Part shown: piece after piece, positions 61,007-64,000 of the stretch
Numbering within the stretch: position 1 is the first letter of the stretch
How the letters are laid out: every line of letters starts with the position of its first letter
Assembly (NCBI RefSeq): GCF_902713615.1
Contig: NC_052154.1
Span: 81,323,072 to 81,387,071, forward strand
From: Scyliorhinus canicula
Lineage: Eukaryota
Direction: 5' to 3'
Length of the DNA: 64,000 nt
Position numbers and translations under genes: made by a program
The notes under the pieces: model-generated
Seen by the model: the letters and a program-made list of their open reading frames with translations, nothing else
The model's database searches: none
What the model was told of the DNA's origin: nothing

Positions 61007-63545
61007 ACCATAAGACATTGGCCCACAGAATTGAGCATTGGGCAATTTGGCCCATCGAGTCTACTCTGCCATTCAATCATAGCAGATATATTTCTCATCT
61101 CCATTCTCCTGCCTTCTCTCAAAAAGCCCTGATCCCTCATTAATCTAAATCGATCTTTAAAAAATGATTTGGTCTCCACAGCCTTCTGCAGCAATGAGTT
61201 CCACAGATTAATCACCCTCTAGTTGGAGAAATTCCCCATCTCAACTTTAAAGTCCCTTCAAGTTCTGTTTTTTTTTCTTACTGGTGGATACATCCTCTCC
61301 ATGTCCACTCTTTCTAGGCCTCAGTATCCTGCAAGTTTAAGCAAGATTCCACCCCATCTAAACTCCCGAGTACAGACCCAGAGTCCTCAACCGCTCCTCA
61401 TATAAAAAGCACTTCATTCCAGGGATCAGTCATGTGAACCTCCTCTGGATCCTTTCCAAGGCCAGCACATCCTCCCTTAAATACAAGGCCCATACTGCTC
61501 AAAATAGTCCAAATGGGGTTTGACCAGAGCCTTGTATAACCTCAGAAGTACATCCCTGCTCTTGTATTCTTGCCCTTCTCAACATGAATGCCAACATTGC
61601 ATTTGCCTTCCTAACCGTTAACATGAAGGTTCAGTCAGCAGTTAAGAGAATCTTGAACTAAGACTCATTTGTGGCTCTGATTTCCCCAAGCCATTTCCCC
61701 TTTAGAAAATAGTCTATGCCTCCATTCTACCTACAAAGTGCATGACCTCACTCTTTTCCATCTGCCACCCACCTAGCCTGTCCCACACCCTCTGCAGCCC
61801 CCTGCTTCCTCAATATTACCTGTCCTTCTGCATCTTTGTATCATCTGCAAACTTAGCAATAATGCCCTCCGTTTTCTTCCAGATCGTTAATGTATATTGT
61901 GAAAATTTGTAGTCCCGACACTGGCCCCTGAGGCACACTCACTAGCCACCAGCTGCCATCCTGAAAGAGACCCCTTTATCCCACTCTGCCTTCTGCCAGT
62001 CAGCCAATCCTTTATCCATGCCAGTATCTTTCCCCAATTTAACAGCCTCCTCTATGGCACCTTGTCAACGGTCTTCTGGAAATCTAAATTAGAGATTGTG
62101 TCCACTGGTTCTCCTTTGTCCATCTCCATGTTACCCAACAGATTTGTCCAATAGGAACTTCTCTTGCTGATTCAGTCCTATTTTAATCGTGCACTTCCAA
62201 ACACTCCGCAATCTCCTCTTTACTTACTGATCAAAGTCAGGCTAACCGCCCTATAATTTTAAGTCTTCAGCCTCCCTCCCTCCTTAAACAGGGGTGTTAC
62301 TTTAGCCATTTTCCAGTCCTCTGGGACCCTCCTTGCCCCCAGTGATTCCTGCAAGATCATCACCAATGCCTCCACAATCTCCTTTAGAACCCTGGGGTAT
62401 AGTCCATCTGGCTCAGGTGATTCATACATCTTCAGACCTTCCAGTTTACCCATAATCTTCTAAAATCATGGCCACTACACTTGCCTCCGGATTCTCCTGA
62501 AATTCTGGTATCGCACTGATGTCTTCCACTGTGAAGACTGATGCAAAGTAACGATTTAGTTTCTGCCATTTCTGTTCCCTAGTGGTCCAATGTCTATTCT
62601 TGCCTCTTTTACATACAAAAAAAATAACTCTTGCCATTTTTGTATTACTAGCTCGTATTTCCTCCACCCCCCGCCCCCCCCCCCCCCCAATTGGGTTCCT
62701 TCACTTCAAGTTCCCTAATCCAGCCTGCTGCTGCCCAAAAAAAAAACATCTTAGACATTCCACAAATTCCTTTTCTTGGGATCCACTACCAACCTGATTT
62801 TCCCAGTCCACATGCATATTGAAGTCCCCCACGATTATTGTAATATTGCCTTTCTTATATCCAGATTTATTTTCTGCCCCACATTCTGACTACTGCAAGG
62901 GGACATGTACACAACTCCCATCAGGGTTTTTTTCCCTTTGCAATTCCTCAACACTACCCACAGATTCTATACCTTCTGATCGTAGATGGATTCAATTTAA
63001 TTCGTTAACAATGCAACCCCATTCCCTCGATATGACACATCCTTGGGTGCTTAGATCCCAGCCCAGATCCAGCTATGCCCACATTGTACAAGCCAATTTC
63101 AGTGTGCACAACAAGCTCATTTACCTGGTTCTATATACTGCATGCATTTAGGTACAACACCATCAGACTTTGTGACAAAATAGTGTCAGTGTCCCCAACT
63201 ACGACCAAATCTCTCTTCCACCAGCTCCCCGCACCCACAGTGCTGTCCTCATCCGCTCTGCAGTCCTGGTTCTAATCCACACAGGGAGTAAGGATCTCAA
63301 ACTGGTTGGACAGGTACAAAGGCCAAGACTCATGTGACCCTACCTTGCTGGATCCCTCTACCTACCTCACTCGCAGCCACACCCTCCTTTCCCTCACTAC
63401 TGGCTGTATTTAAGTTAGTTATTCTAACTGCCTCCTGGAATAGAGTGTCCAGGTACCTCTCCCCTCCCTGCTGTCACACTGTCTGAAGCTCAGAATCCAG
63501 CTATCAACTCTGAGCCAGTGTTCCTCAAGCAACCAACACTTACAG
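61007..63545 (-). mobile_element. CR1 LINE remnant (composite) in a GST intron
   Basis: CR1 3'UTR at the left end; SPEPDGLYPRVLKE, VPEDWKMAKVTPLFK, KLNRYFASVFTVED. Confidence 0.85.
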
Positions 63546-63552
63546 CAGATAT

Positions 63553-64000
63553 GGGGCGGAATTCTCCCTTCTGGGGACTAGGTACCCACGCCCGCCAGAA
63601 AACAGACAGGAATCACACCGGAGTTTTTCCTAGAAAGTCCGGGGTGATTCTCAGTTTTCAAGAGGGCTAGCAGGGCCACGGCATGCGTCCCGCAGCTCCG
63701 GCTGCTGGCAGGGCCTGCAGTTATGCCCGCACATGGCGGCCGGCCACATGTCAGCACCAGTCCCTGCGTAACATGGCAGAGCCCTACAGGGGCCTGGCAT
63801 GGAGAAACATCACCACCGCCTGAACAAGCACGCCCGCTGCTTGGTAGCCACCGATCGTGGGCCTGGCCAACGTGGAGGCCCCCCCCCTCCCAGAGTCGGA
63901 TCCCCCTGCCACCCCCCCCCCCCCCCCCCAAAAGAGTCGGATCCCCCTGCCCCCCCCCCCCCCCACCACCACCACGGCCCCTGCAGCCAAAATGCAGAGG
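63553..64000. mobile_element. Harbinger-type non-autonomous element, runs off the window
   Basis: TIR start ggggcggaattctcc; GC-rich interior. Confidence 0.7.

Noticed and set aside
1-64000. CRISPR arrays, rRNA genes or prokaryote-type operons
   Set aside because: Intron-containing vertebrate DNA with no repeat-spacer arrays or rRNA-like sequence.

Overview
Eukaryotic, repeat-rich genomic DNA. The repeat families (tRNA-headed HE1-like SINEs, Deu-domain SINEs, CR1, L1, Penelope-like and Harbinger elements) point to a cartilaginous fish, probably a catshark-like species; this is an inference. Two genes could be assembled by hand from splice sites and phases. (1) A complete 7-exon minus-strand gene at 3697-10366 encodes a 384-aa receptor: leader, V domain with germline-joined J motif, C1 domain, Cys stalk, TM, and a SIRPalpha-like four-motif tail whose first tyrosine-motif pair is degenerate. 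(2) The last three exons of a rho-class glutathione S-transferase lie at 55916-58828 on the minus strand; its 5' exons were not found and probably lie beyond the window. Most of 11.4-55 kb is transposon-derived: three 5'-intact L1 copies, CR1 fragments, Harbinger remnants, two hAT MITEs with TSDs, a solo LTR and many SINEs. It also holds an old local duplication, a complex retrotransposon junction and two speculative unannotated gene candidates. Most long entries in the ORF track are TE remnants or artefacts of G/C-rich sequence. TE boundaries are approximate unless a TSD or TIR is quoted.
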